64,000 nucleotides of DNA from the NCBI GenBank assembly GCA_964638145.1, contig CAZXAK010000007.1:151757-215756 (forward strand), in the 5' to 3' direction. Positions 1 to 9,938 of the stretch are shown here, one piece after another. The first letter of the stretch is position 1. The number at the start of each line of letters is the position of its first letter. The notes under the pieces were generated by a model, which saw only the letters and a list, made by a program, of their open reading frames with translations, had not been told where the DNA came from and made no database searches. Position numbers and translations under genes: made by a program. Origin of the DNA: an uncultured Desulfobacterales bacterium. Lineage in GTDB: Bacteria > Desulfobacterota > Dissulfuribacteria > Dissulfuribacterales > QOAL01.

Positions 1-1025
1 TGGGGTACAGGTTGGCCCAGGCTGGAGAAGACATGGCCGAGGATCAGGAGAGGGCAGCTTCTCAGCAGGTATTTTTCAGGGTTGAGCAGGCCTACTTCAG
101 GGTGCTACTGGCCAGGGAGGCCATTGGGGTCATGGACTCGGCGGTCAAGACTGCTCGTGAGCACGAACGACTTGCGGAGAAGAGGTACGAGGCCGGGCTG
201 GTTTTGAAGTCAGACGTGCTCAGTGCATCGGTCCATCGTATTGACATGGAGAGGCAACGGCTTGATGTCAAGAATCAGTTCATGATGGCCATGGCTGCGC
301 TCAACAGGGCAATGGGGGTGTCCCAGGAGGTGGAATGGGAGCTTTCTCCAGTTAGCATGACAGAGAGGGTAGATCCTGAACAGTTGAGGTGGTGGATAGA
401 TACAGCTGTGGCCCATCGTCCTGAACTCAATATCAGCAGACGCAAGGTAGAGGTTGCTGACTACAAGAAACAGGGTGCGCAGCTCAACTTCCTGCCATCT
501 GTAAATTTTACAGGGATGTATGAGCAGAATACTGACAGTCTTGACAGATTCGGCGGAGATTCCTGGACCTTTATGGCTACGGCCTCCTTTAATATATTTA
601 ACGGGCTTGGTGACAGGGCTGGGTTGGCGGCTGCCTCTGCAGCTAAGACGGCTGCAGAAGAGGCGTTGCGGGATGTCAGGGCCAGTATTGAACTTGATGT
701 GCGAAAGGCATTCTACAGTTACCAGACTGCACTGAAGCAGCTTGAGGTTGCCCAGGCTGCATGTGCCCAGGCGAGAGAGAGTGTGCGCATCCTGAAAAAC
801 CGCTATGATAATGGAATGGCCCTGATGGTGGAGCTTCTAACTGCGGATACTGTCCTGAAGGACCAGATGCTGAACCAGGCCAGGGCCAGGTTCGACGCCC
901 AGTTGTCCATGGCAAGGCTTGAGTTGAGTGCAGGTGTCCTCGGTATGGATATAGATACTCAAGAAGGTTCGGACACGGGGCATATGGTTCATGAGCATGG
1001 TGAGGGGCATGACAAGGGTGAATGA
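1..1025 (+). CDS. TolC-family outer-membrane efflux protein, C-terminal part (5' end lies left of the window)
   Basis: The frame is open from base 3. The translated ORF 12..1025 has the alanine/leucine-rich coiled-coil repeats typical of outer-membrane factors (AYFRVLLAREAI, YQTALKQLEVAQAA, RYDNG). It is first in an OMF-MFP-RND triplet. Confidence 0.8.
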   Translation, partial: GYRLAQAGEDMAEDQERAASQQVFFRVEQAYFRVLLAREAIGVMDSAVKTAREHERLAEKRYEAGLVLKSDVLSASVHRIDMERQRLDVKNQFMMAMAALNRAMGVSQEVEWELSPVSMTERVDPEQLRWWIDTAVAHRPELNISRRKVEVADYKKQGAQLNFLPSVNFTGMYEQNTDSLDRFGGDSWTFMATASFNIFNGLGDRAGLAAASAAKTAAEEALRDVRASIELDVRKAFYSYQTALKQLEVAQAACAQARESVRILKNRYDNGMALMVELLTADTVLKDQMLNQARARFDAQLSMARLELSAGVLGMDIDTQEGSDTGHMVHEHGEGHDKGE

Positions 1026-1119
1026 TGCGTTTGGTGCGTTGGTCTATGTAGGTTCAAATGTGTGGGGGATGGAATTCTGTTTTTAGAAGGTATTGTATAG
1101 CACAAGTTGTTTCTGAGGG

Positions 1120-2334
1120 GTGAGAGGTTTGAACGGTACAAAATGGTCCTGCAGTCTACGCAGGCATATTCGTCTATATGGGCTGCTCTGCAGCGTTGTC
1201 CCTGTCCTGCTGTTTGTCCTCTGTGGATGCAGCAACGAACATGGTGGGGACGAAATAGGCCTTGAGCGGAGTGTAAAGGCAGATGTGGCCGTTGTGACAA
1301 GGCAGCGGGTGCCTGATCAACAGTTTTTCCCTGGCCGGGTAAAGTCCAAGGTATCAATTGTGCTGGGGGCACGTATGCCAGGCTATGTCAGGGATATCCC
1401 TCATGAGATAGGCGATTTTGTCAAAAAGGGCCAGTTGCTCGTTGGGCTTGATGATACAGATATACGCTCAGGTATTGCAGCGCTTGAACAGTCCTATAAG
1501 GCAGTTTCAAGACAGCAGTCAAGTTTGAGGGCAAGATTTCAGTATGTCTCTGCCACTTACAGACGTATCAAGATACTCCATGACAAGGGATCGGCCACAC
1601 AGGACGAATTTGATCGGGTAACTTCTGAGAAGTCTGCACTGGAGAGTCAGATTGCAGCCCTCGATGCCCAAGCGAGACAGGTAAAGGCCCAGTTGGACAA
1701 GGTCAGGAACCAGCTCCATTATGTGAGCATCAAGGCCCCGGCTGATGGCAGACTTGCCCGCAAGATGGTTGACAGAGGGGCCTTCGTCATGCCGGGTATG
1801 CCACTGGTCCAGTTTGATTGTTCCGGGGATGGTGCATGGTTTGCTGCGGATGTGGATGAGTCTCTGATCTCAAAGGTATCTCCGGGCATGAAGGTCTCAA
1901 TCTTTGTGCCCTCTGTAATGCGTACCGTAAAGGCTACCATTACCCAGACTGCTCCTGAATCCGATCCTGTTTCCCACACCTTTTCAATTCTCTGCGACAT
2001 ATCGTCAAGCGGTCTCAACAGTGGGCTGTATGGCAGGGTATGCATAACCACTAACTATGCGGAAAAGCTCCTTGTTCCGTGCTCAGCCCTGGTGGATCGT
2101 GGTGGTATTACGGGTGTCTATGTGGTTGATGCCAAAAGGAAGGTCCACTGGCGTGTGATCAAGCTGGGCCATGTGTGGGAGAAGACTCCATATGGCTACA
2201 CTCCGCTTTTGTTCAATCCGCTCCATGACCACATAGGCCATTGTTTTGCTGAGATCCTCACTGGGATGTCCACAGGGGAACAGGTGGTAGTCTCGGACCT
2301 GAACCGGGTACAGGAGGGGTGTCGTCTTGAGTAA
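1120..2334 (+). CDS. RND efflux periplasmic adaptor (HlyD/membrane-fusion family), probable lipoprotein
   Basis: 404-aa ORF between the OMF and RND genes. It has an N-terminal hydrophobic stretch ending in the lipobox-like LCGC and a coiled-coil middle (IAALDAQARQVKAQLDKVRNQL). The exact start is uncertain. Confidence 0.85.
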   Translation: MRGLNGTKWSCSLRRHIRLYGLLCSVVPVLLFVLCGCSNEHGGDEIGLERSVKADVAVVTRQRVPDQQFFPGRVKSKVSIVLGARMPGYVRDIPHEIGDFVKKGQLLVGLDDTDIRSGIAALEQSYKAVSRQQSSLRARFQYVSATYRRIKILHDKGSATQDEFDRVTSEKSALESQIAALDAQARQVKAQLDKVRNQLHYVSIKAPADGRLARKMVDRGAFVMPGMPLVQFDCSGDGAWFAADVDESLISKVSPGMKVSIFVPSVMRTVKATITQTAPESDPVSHTFSILCDISSSGLNSGLYGRVCITTNYAEKLLVPCSALVDRGGITGVYVVDAKRKVHWRVIKLGHVWEKTPYGYTPLLFNPLHDHIGHCFAEILTGMSTGEQVVVSDLNRVQEGCRLE

Positions 2335-2347
2335 GGAGTTGCCAGGA

Positions 2348-5300
2348 ATGGACAGAGCCCCTGTGCATAAGGGTACGTTTCTGCGGGCATTAACCAATAC
2401 GTTTGTAGATTCCAAATTAACTCCCCTGTTCATAATTTTCAGTCTGCTGCTTGGCCTGTTTGCAATTATCTTTACGCCAAGTGAGGAAGAGCCTCAGATT
2501 GTTGTTCCCATGGTGGATGTGCTGGTGAGTATGCCTGGGGCATCTCCTGCCGAGGTGGAGACCAGGGTGATCAATCCCATGGAGAAGCTGCTCTGGGAGA
2601 TACCCGGGGTGGAGTATGTTTATTCCACTGCAATGGATGGCAGGGCCTTGACCGTTGTGCGTTTTTATGTGGGCCAGGATACGGAGAAGAGTCTCGTAAA
2701 GGTCTATGATAAGCTCTATTCCCACTTTGACTGGATACCGCCAGGATGCAGCAAACCCCTTCTCAAACCCCATTCCATAGACGATGTTCCAATCATCTGT
2801 CTCACCATGTTTGGTGATGGCTATGACAGTGTGCAGCTTCGTCAGATCGCAGCCCGTTTAGATGATGAGATCAGGTCCATTCCCGGTATAAGTACCACTT
2901 CCTTAAAGGGTGGCCTCAGGCGTGAGGTCCGTGTTCAAATGCGGCCAGAGGCCCTGTCAGCTACGGGCATAGACGCTGCTGACGTGGTAAACGCCCTCTC
3001 TTCCCAGAATCAGGCATCATGGATTTCTGAGATTGCCCATGACAATGCTGCTTTTTCCCTTCGTCTGAACAATTTCTTCTCAAATGTTGATGATGTCAAA
3101 CAGACTGTGGTTGCAGTAAAAGATGGCGTGCCTGTGCGACTGGGCCAGGTTGCTGATGTTATGGAGTGTGGCGAGGAACCTGAATCCTATGTCTCTATAG
3201 GGGCAGGGCTTGGTGTGCGTTACTCTGGGCCTGACGCAGCCATAGCTCCAGGGGAACTGAAACCCGCTGTAACCCTTTCCGTGGCCAAGAGAAAGGGGTG
3301 GAACGCCACTGATCTGGCCAATCTGGTCAAGGCCAAGGTTGCTGCCATGCGTGGCTTCATCATTCCCAAAGGCGTGCACGTGGTGGTTACCAGGGACTAT
3401 GGCCTTACGGCAAAGGACAAGTCTGACGAGCTTCTCGAGCATCTTGCCATTGCAACCCTGTCTGTTGCTGTGTTGATGGCCCTGCTCCTTGGTGTGGAGT
3501 CCAGTCTGGTTGTCCTGGTGGCCATTCCAGTGACATTGGCCTTTACCCTGTTCATCTATTATCTGTATGGGTATACCCTCAACCGTGTCACCCTGTTTGC
3601 TCTGATCTTCTGTATCGGCATACTGGTTGATGACCCTATCGTTGGTGTTGAAAACATAGTCCGTCACCTGAGACTTCCGGAAAACCGTGGAAGAAATTTC
3701 AGGGATATTATAGTGGATGCAGTGGTAGAGGTGGGTAGTCCCCTTGTACTTGCTACCATAACGGTAATCGTTGCCATCCTTCCCCTGGCTTTTGTTCGTG
3801 GGCTAATGGGTCCGTATATGCGTCCCATGCCGGTTGGGGCCTCTGTGGCCATGTTCCTGTCCATGATAATATCTTTCATCATCACCCCCTGGACTGCATA
3901 TCATATCCTGGGGCGGGTAAAGGAGCATAAGGAGGAGAAGGAGAGCCGGCTTGATCATATATATCGCTGGGCAATGGGCCACCTCGTTAGAAACCGTCTG
4001 CACAGGTGGATGTTTCTCGGTTTCATGGGCCTGTTGTTCCTGTTTGCCTGCTCACTGATCTATTTCAAGGTGGTAAAGGTCAAGATGCTCCCGTTCGACA
4101 ACAAGAGCGAGTTCCAGGTCATAATAGACATGCCTGAGGGTACTGCTCTCGAGCAGACGGCAAGGGTGGCTGAGGAGCTGGGAGCCGTTCTTTCTGCACA
4201 GCCTGTGGTGAGCAACTATGAGATATATGTGGGTACTTCCTCTCCTTTTAATTTTAATGGGCTGGTGCGTCACTACTATATGCGCAAGGGTTCTAATGTC
4301 GCGGACATACAGGTGAATCTTACTCCCAAGAAATCCAGGCATGAACAGAGTCATGCCATTGCACGGCGTCTGAGGCCCCTGCTTGACAGGGTGGCTGACA
4401 AGTATGGTGCGAGGATCAAGGTGTCAGAGATCCCGCCGGGTCCACCAGTGCTTCAGACCATGGTGGCCGAGATATACGGGCCGGATTACCAGCAGCAGAT
4501 CAAGGTGGCCCGGGATATCATGGGGATATTTGAGCGTACTCCCAGTATAGTAGACGTGGACTGGTACATGACCGATCCACAAAAGGAGTATGAGGTGGTG
4601 GTGGACAGGGATTTGGCAGTAAGCCGGGGTATTTCTCCTGCCAGGGTGCTTCAGGTCCTGAGGGCCAGTGTGCATGGAATAGAGGCTGGATTGCTCCACG
4701 ATCCCGGGGCCAGAGAGGATATACCTGTCCAGGTGCGTCTGCCTCTTGTTGACCGGTCTTCTGTCAAGGATCTGAAAAGTATAAAGGTCAGGGGCAGGAA
4801 TGGCACCTTGGTCAGTCTGTCAGAGCTTGTACATATACGTGAGAAGACCATTGACCATCCCATATACCACAAGAATCTGAAGCCTGTAGTCTATGTTACC
4901 GGAGATATGGCAGGTGCAGACGAGAGCCCTGTATATGGAATCCTTGCCGTAAACAAGACATTGCAGCACTATACGGCCCCTGACGGCAGCAAGATAGAGA
5001 TATACTATACTCATCAGCCTTTTACACAGAAGAAGTGGTATATGAAGTGGGATGGCGAGTGGCAGGTGACCTATGAGGTGTTCCGTGATATGGGGGGAGC
5101 CTTTGCCGTGGTAATAGTGCTTATCTTCGTGCTGGTGGTGGGCTGGTTCCGTTCCTACTCTGTACCCCTTGTTATTCTGTCTCCCATTCCTCTCTCTCTC
5201 ATAGGTATTATACCTGCGCATGCATTGATGGGGGTTTTCTTTACTGCCACATCCATGATTGGCTTTATTGCCGGTGCAGGTATAGTTGTAAGAAATTCCA

Positions 5301-5578
5301 TTATCCTGGTGGATTTTATAGAGCTGCGTCTGTCTGAAGGAATGCCTGTGGAGGAGGCAGTTATAGACGCCGGTGCCATCAGGTTCAGGCCCATGCTGCT
5401 TACTTCCTCGGCTGTGGTGGTTGGGTCCTTTGTTATTCTTTTTGATCCAATCTTCCAGGGACTTGCCATTGCGTTGATGGCAGGTGAAATTGCGGCAACT
5501 CTATTTTCTCGGATGGTAGTACCTGTGCTCTTCTACCTTGATTTCAAGATGAAGGAGCTTGGAAGGCTCTATCTGTAA
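2348..5578 (+). CDS. RND family efflux transporter permease (AcrB/CzcA-like)
   Basis: About 1076 aa with two blocks of multiple hydrophobic helices and large periplasmic loops. I chose ATG 2348 because AAGGAG (2333-2338) lies 9 nt upstream. The ORF track starts at TTG 2327, overlapping the MFP stop. Confidence 0.92.
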   Translation: MDRAPVHKGTFLRALTNTFVDSKLTPLFIIFSLLLGLFAIIFTPSEEEPQIVVPMVDVLVSMPGASPAEVETRVINPMEKLLWEIPGVEYVYSTAMDGRALTVVRFYVGQDTEKSLVKVYDKLYSHFDWIPPGCSKPLLKPHSIDDVPIICLTMFGDGYDSVQLRQIAARLDDEIRSIPGISTTSLKGGLRREVRVQMRPEALSATGIDAADVVNALSSQNQASWISEIAHDNAAFSLRLNNFFSNVDDVKQTVVAVKDGVPVRLGQVADVMECGEEPESYVSIGAGLGVRYSGPDAAIAPGELKPAVTLSVAKRKGWNATDLANLVKAKVAAMRGFIIPKGVHVVVTRDYGLTAKDKSDELLEHLAIATLSVAVLMALLLGVESSLVVLVAIPVTLAFTLFIYYLYGYTLNRVTLFALIFCIGILVDDPIVGVENIVRHLRLPENRGRNFRDIIVDAVVEVGSPLVLATITVIVAILPLAFVRGLMGPYMRPMPVGASVAMFLSMIISFIITPWTAYHILGRVKEHKEEKESRLDHIYRWAMGHLVRNRLHRWMFLGFMGLLFLFACSLIYFKVVKVKMLPFDNKSEFQVIIDMPEGTALEQTARVAEELGAVLSAQPVVSNYEIYVGTSSPFNFNGLVRHYYMRKGSNVADIQVNLTPKKSRHEQSHAIARRLRPLLDRVADKYGARIKVSEIPPGPPVLQTMVAEIYGPDYQQQIKVARDIMGIFERTPSIVDVDWYMTDPQKEYEVVVDRDLAVSRGISPARVLQVLRASVHGIEAGLLHDPGAREDIPVQVRLPLVDRSSVKDLKSIKVRGRNGTLVSLSELVHIREKTIDHPIYHKNLKPVVYVTGDMAGADESPVYGILAVNKTLQHYTAPDGSKIEIYYTHQPFTQKKWYMKWDGEWQVTYEVFRDMGGAFAVVIVLIFVLVVGWFRSYSVPLVILSPIPLSLIGIIPAHALMGVFFTATSMIGFIAGAGIVVRNSIILVDFIELRLSEGMPVEEAVIDAGAIRFRPMLLTSSAVVVGSFVILFDPIFQGLAIALMAGEIAATLFSRMVVPVLFYLDFKMKELGRLYL

Positions 5579-5625
5579 ACCTGATTGCTACCGTCCTGTC
5601 CCTGTACCGCATCTTGTCCATATCT

Positions 5626-5641
5626 TGGCATATGTCTTGCC
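5626..5641 (+). promoter_or_regulatory. sigma-54 (RpoN) promoter, TGGCATATGTCTTGCC
   Basis: GG at 5627-28 and GC at 5639-40 have the canonical 12-nt register of TGGCAC-N5-TTGC. It lies in the intergenic gap about 55 nt upstream of ATG 5697. Confidence 0.6.
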
Positions 5642-5696
5642 CTTTTATCCTGACAAAATATTTCGTCAACCATCCTATATGTCAGGAGAAGACAAG

Positions 5697-7661
5697 ATGC
5701 TTAAAGATATTTCCTTTCAAAAACATTATGTTAGTGCTCCAGATGAAGATGTTGTCTCTGCGCTGGTCACTGGTAGGGTACTATCCCTTGATAAAAAAAG
5801 TTTAGCAAAATCTTTTTTTGCAATTTTTATCTTGTTTTTCGCCATGTTGTGTACCCAGAGGGTATATGCCGCAGCGGTGACAGTGTCCTGGGATATTGAT
5901 CCTGAGCCTGATATTGCGATGTACAGGGTATTTTATGGTACAAAGAGCAACGATTATACTGATTCACTTACGGTTCCCAATCCTCAGGACAATCCTGGTC
6001 ACCTTGAGGCGGAGATAGATGGACTTACAGAAGGTGTAAAATATTATTTTTCGGTAAAGGCCATAGATACCGCAGGGCAGGAGAGTGATGCGGCACCTGA
6101 GGCAAGTATTGTGGTGCCCGATGGTTTGGGTAGCTTAGCCCTGGCGTCCCAGTTGGGCAATGTGGAGTGGTTGGAAGCTGGCACCATACAGGTTGGGAGT
6201 GAGTGGACAACCGTAAAGCTTTCAAGGAGTTTTGAGCAGCCAGTTGTGATAGTGGGGCCGGTCTCAGGCAATGACAGTGATCCATGCACTGTACGTGTGG
6301 CAGATGTAACCGACAATAGTTTTTCCATACGGGTACAGGAATGGGATTATCTTGACGGTACGCACGCGCCAGAAACTCTCTTATATATAGTTGTCGAGGC
6401 AGGCACTCACGAGATGCCAGATGGAACTCTGTGGCAGGCAGGCACTTATGAACTCGCCGGTGTCAGGAAGTTTGTTCATGTGGATTTCCCGTCTGTTTTC
6501 AATACCGTGCCGGTTGTCTTCCAGACGGTGCAGACAGAAAATGGGGCTGATGCAGTTGCCATAAGGGAGAAGGATGTCAGTGTGGCAGGTTTCAGCAGTG
6601 CCATGGATGAGCAGGAGTCTTTAAGGGATGGACATGCCGAGGAGACGGTAGGATATCTCGCTGTGGAAAAAAATGCTGAAGGGCCCTATATGATCGGGCT
6701 TAGTGAGGCTACCCATGAAATGTTTATGGTGCCAGGGACCAAGGGCCTGTACCTGCAGCTACAGGAGGAACAGTCCAAGGATAAGGAGATGAGGCATATC
6801 ACCGAGAAGATAGGTTATATGCAGATTAATGATCTTGTCCTTGCCCAGATACAGACATTCAATGGCGGTGATACATGTGTGATGCGGTATGCCAAGGGGC
6901 AGTATCCATTGTCTGACAATGAGTGGTACAGACAGCAGGATTGGATAGAGGCGGGCAGTGTAAACGTTGGCAGTGAGTGGGCTACTGTTACTTTCCAGCA
7001 CAGTTTTGCCAATCCTGTGGTTATCGTGGGGCCGCCTACGTACCATGGACATGATCCAGGCGTGGTAAGGATTCGAAACGTAAACAGCAACTCTTTTGAG
7101 TTGCGCATCCAGGAGTGGAACTATAACAACGGATTCCATGTCACAGAGTCGGTTTCCTGGATGGTGGTGGAGGCCGGTGATCATACGCTTCCTGATGGTA
7201 CTGTCTGGGAGGCTGGGGTGTACGAGATGGATGGCACGAACCGGTGGAATGAAATTCCGCTTTCGCATAAGATGGGGATGCCCCCTGTAATCCTTCAGAC
7301 CGTCCAGTCTCTCAATGGAGCTGATGTGGTTACCACCAGGTTGACCTCAGTCAACGGTTATGAGTTCATGAGCGCATTCCAGGAAGAAGAGGCCAGAAAC
7401 GAAGGGCATACCGTTGAGACAGTGGGATACCTTGCCGTACCTATTGTCTCTCAATGTCCTGTTGGTATAGTCTCTATTGACCACAATTTTGGCAAGTTGG
7501 GTGAAGGGCTGCCAGAACTATTCCTTGAAGAGGAGCGGTCCAGGGATTCTGAGATGCGTCATGTGCATGAGGATGTGGGATATGTCGTACTGGGGCAATA
7601 CTTCTTTGGTCAGATACAGACGTTCCATGGTAGTGATACTGTAGTACTCCGTATGAGATAA
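5697..7661 (+). CDS. Secreted or membrane-anchored protein: N-terminal hydrophobic anchor/signal, one fibronectin type III-like domain, then two 258-aa tandem modules of lectin-like beta-sandwich repeats
   Basis: AGGAG (5684-5688) lies 8 nt before ATG 5697. The hydrophobic segment is FFAIFILFFAMLCTQRVYAAA. The FN3-like signature is VSWD...YRVFYG...YYFSVKAIDTAGQES. Four copies of the pattern F-x-F-xxPVV...R...V..xxF....QEW/EE....H..E.VGYLAV follow, which I read as H-type-lectin-like by pattern only. Confidence 0.75.
   Translation: MLKDISFQKHYVSAPDEDVVSALVTGRVLSLDKKSLAKSFFAIFILFFAMLCTQRVYAAAVTVSWDIDPEPDIAMYRVFYGTKSNDYTDSLTVPNPQDNPGHLEAEIDGLTEGVKYYFSVKAIDTAGQESDAAPEASIVVPDGLGSLALASQLGNVEWLEAGTIQVGSEWTTVKLSRSFEQPVVIVGPVSGNDSDPCTVRVADVTDNSFSIRVQEWDYLDGTHAPETLLYIVVEAGTHEMPDGTLWQAGTYELAGVRKFVHVDFPSVFNTVPVVFQTVQTENGADAVAIREKDVSVAGFSSAMDEQESLRDGHAEETVGYLAVEKNAEGPYMIGLSEATHEMFMVPGTKGLYLQLQEEQSKDKEMRHITEKIGYMQINDLVLAQIQTFNGGDTCVMRYAKGQYPLSDNEWYRQQDWIEAGSVNVGSEWATVTFQHSFANPVVIVGPPTYHGHDPGVVRIRNVNSNSFELRIQEWNYNNGFHVTESVSWMVVEAGDHTLPDGTVWEAGVYEMDGTNRWNEIPLSHKMGMPPVILQTVQSLNGADVVTTRLTSVNGYEFMSAFQEEEARNEGHTVETVGYLAVPIVSQCPVGIVSIDHNFGKLGEGLPELFLEEERSRDSEMRHVHEDVGYVVLGQYFFGQIQTFHGSDTVVLRMR
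6168..7658 (+). repeat. Intragenic tandem duplication, 2 units with a period of 774 nt (6168-6941 and 6942-7658)
   Basis: WLEAGTIQVGSEWTTVKLSRSFEQPVVIVGP... is repeated as WIEAGSVNVGSEWATVTFQHSFANPVVIVGP.... Both units end in QIQTF(N/H)G(G/S)DT.V.R. Confidence 0.85.
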
Positions 7662-7692
7662 AAATCCAATATCCATCCCTCCTCTTCTGTCA

Positions 7693-7724
7693 AGGCCCCT
7701 GTCTGTATGTGTCAGGGGCCTTTT
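7693..7724 (+). terminator. Rho-independent terminator
   Basis: AGGCCCCTG-loop-CAGGGGCCT hairpin followed by TTTT, 30 nt after the stop at 7661. Confidence 0.75.
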
Positions 7725-7882
7725 GCATGGTTGAACCATTTGGGCGAGAGGGTTATGTTTCATTTCCCCTTGTATTTTTGTACTGCAGTTGCTAAAAACA
7801 GACACGTAAAAAATATCCTTTAACTGGGTTAAAAAACGGAATGCTGTTTAGTGCAGCATTTGCGTATCAAGAGGCAAAAGAT

Positions 7883-8653
7883 ATGGCAAAGAGTGTTAGA
7901 GACCAGCGGAATAGTCAGGATACAGGTGACAGTGGTCGTAAGGTAGGGGAAGAGCATGTCTATTCAGAATCCGAGAAGAGTACTGCTCAGGAGATAGTTG
8001 ACGAGATACTGGAGGGACTTCCTCAATGGATAAGGGAGCCTCTGTCAAAGAATTTCCGCCAAATACTGGCAAGTATTGCCTGTGTATTGCTAATCACAGC
8101 TCTGTGGTCAGGGTACACCAACTTTGTTGAACGTGGTGAGAATGCGGCCTCGGCCGTACTTGGTAGGGCCATACATACGGCTGACACCAAGGATAGGATT
8201 GAGGTTCTCAAAGAGGTTGTGGAAAAACATGGCCATACTGACGCTGCCCGACATGCCCTGTTACTGCTTGGTGCCGCATACATGAATTCAGGAGATAGGG
8301 CCGGTGCCGCAAAATATTTCAGTGAGGCAGAGCAGATATTTCCAAAGGGAAGTATCCTGCATGATTCAGCTCTCATGGGTATGGGATACTGTGCTGAAGA
8401 GGCCAATAAGCTGTCAGATGCCGTTGGCAGTTTTGCCAGCGTAGCAGACAATGCGCTGGGTTATGAGAAGATAGCCCTTCTTGATCTGGCGAGGGTTAGT
8501 GCCGAGGCAGGCAAGGACAAGGATGCCCTGTCAGCATATGAGAAGTTTATGGCAGCGGCCCCAATGTCGCCACAGCTCGATTTCGTGCGTTTTGAGATCA
8601 TGAAGATATCTGAGAAGATGGGCCAGAAGACGGCAGGAAAAGGCGACAAATAG
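7883..8653 (+). CDS. Membrane-anchored tetratricopeptide-like repeat protein (YfgM-like architecture)
   Basis: One TM segment (ILASIACVLLITALWSGY) is followed by Ala-rich helical repeats (ARHALLLLGAAYMNSGDRAGAAKYFSEAEQIF...). The start is taken at ATG 7883; the ORF track begins at 7841. Confidence 0.6.
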   Translation: MAKSVRDQRNSQDTGDSGRKVGEEHVYSESEKSTAQEIVDEILEGLPQWIREPLSKNFRQILASIACVLLITALWSGYTNFVERGENAASAVLGRAIHTADTKDRIEVLKEVVEKHGHTDAARHALLLLGAAYMNSGDRAGAAKYFSEAEQIFPKGSILHDSALMGMGYCAEEANKLSDAVGSFASVADNALGYEKIALLDLARVSAEAGKDKDALSAYEKFMAAAPMSPQLDFVRFEIMKISEKMGQKTAGKGDK

Positions 8654-8727
8654 TTGCCATATTATTCATCTTTGCATCTTAAAGGTTGCCTAATTATGCC
8701 GGGTACAGCTTGGCAGGTATAGAGCGT

Positions 8728-9843
8728 TCATATCTTGTCACCTGGATCACTCATCTCGCCCATTGGATATGATCCAAGCCATTCAAGGAAGGTACATCCC
8801 TTTTTTATGGATTCTATGCCTTCCCGTACGTCTTCGTCCTCGATGTGCCCGGCTATATCCACATAGAACAGATAGCGCCACGGTTCATCCTTGACAGGGC
8901 GTGACTGAATTTTTGTCAGGTTTATCCCTTTTTTGGCAAGTGGTTCCAGCAGCCTGAAGAGTGAGCCAGGACGGTCTTCGAGGCTGAGCAGAAGGGATGT
9001 CTTGTCATTTCCTGACGGACGGGGACATTTGTGCCCAAGGATCAGGAAACGTGTAGTATTACCGGCAAAGTCTTCTATGCGTTTTTCTACTACCTGCAGA
9101 TTGTATGTGCGGGCAGCAAGAGGGCTTGCCACGGCAGCTACTGCTGGGTCCACTGAGGCCCAGCGTGCGGCCTGGGCTGTACTTACTACCTCCTCTGTGG
9201 GTACTCCGGGAAAGTTTTTCTGCAACCACACCCGGCACTGGGCCAGTGCATGGGGATGGGAGAGTATGCGCCGTATCTGGTCAGTCCTGCCGCTTTGGCT
9301 TATGAGATCGTGGGAGATGGGAAGATAGATTTCACCGCATACCTTGATCTTGTACTCGCAGAGGCCATCAAGTGTAAGTGCAACTGTGCCTTCTACCGAG
9401 TTTTCAATGGGTACCACCCCGTAGTCTATGCGTTTTCTCTCCACCTCTTCAAATACGTCAGTTATATTGCCTTTTGGTATGAATTCAGGGGCCTGGCCAA
9501 AGAAGTCTGTGGCCGCCATGTGTGTAAAGGTAGTTTCCGGTCCGAGGTAGCCTATGCGGGCAGGTCGCTGCGCGTTGCGGCATGCAGATATTATCTCACC
9601 GAATATTACCTTGAGGCCCTCTGGGGGAAATCTGTCTGCATTGTGGGCCAGGATATGGTCGATTACCTCTTTTTCCCTCACTACGTCCAAGGGCTGCTGG
9701 CTGGTTTGAGCCTTGATCTTGCCGATCTCCTCGGCTGCCCCAAGTCTTTCCTGCAGCAACCTGACCAGTTCCCTGTCAATCTTGTCAATTTTTTCCCTGA
9801 GAGGTTTAAGCTGGCGATACTGTTTTTCGTCCATGTTATGCAT
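8728..9843 (-). CDS. pheA: Bifunctional chorismate mutase / prephenate dehydratase (P-protein)
   Basis: 371 aa with an N-terminal chorismate mutase helix motif (LREKIDKIDRELVRLLQERL), a central prephenate dehydratase region (IGYLGPETTFTH...VPIENSVEGTV) and a C-terminal ACT-like region with TRFLIL. Confidence 0.92.
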   Translation of the reverse strand: MHNMDEKQYRQLKPLREKIDKIDRELVRLLQERLGAAEEIGKIKAQTSQQPLDVVREKEVIDHILAHNADRFPPEGLKVIFGEIISACRNAQRPARIGYLGPETTFTHMAATDFFGQAPEFIPKGNITDVFEEVERKRIDYGVVPIENSVEGTVALTLDGLCEYKIKVCGEIYLPISHDLISQSGRTDQIRRILSHPHALAQCRVWLQKNFPGVPTEEVVSTAQAARWASVDPAVAAVASPLAARTYNLQVVEKRIEDFAGNTTRFLILGHKCPRPSGNDKTSLLLSLEDRPGSLFRLLEPLAKKGINLTKIQSRPVKDEPWRYLFYVDIAGHIEDEDVREGIESIKKGCTFLEWLGSYPMGEMSDPGDKI

Positions 9844-9938
9844 GAGCGTATCCTGACATGACTATAAAGCGAAAGTATTATAAAGTATTATGGAGATGGA
9901 GCTATTATCACAGGAAAATGCCTTATATGGAGCATGCA

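Noticed and set aside
3080-3667. Multiple 60-230-aa ORFs nested in or antisense to the RND, pheT, thrS, ade, TRAP, phosphorylase and beta-helix genes.
   Set aside because: They lie entirely inside long, well-supported genes on the other strand or in another frame. They are typical of moderately GC-rich coding DNA.
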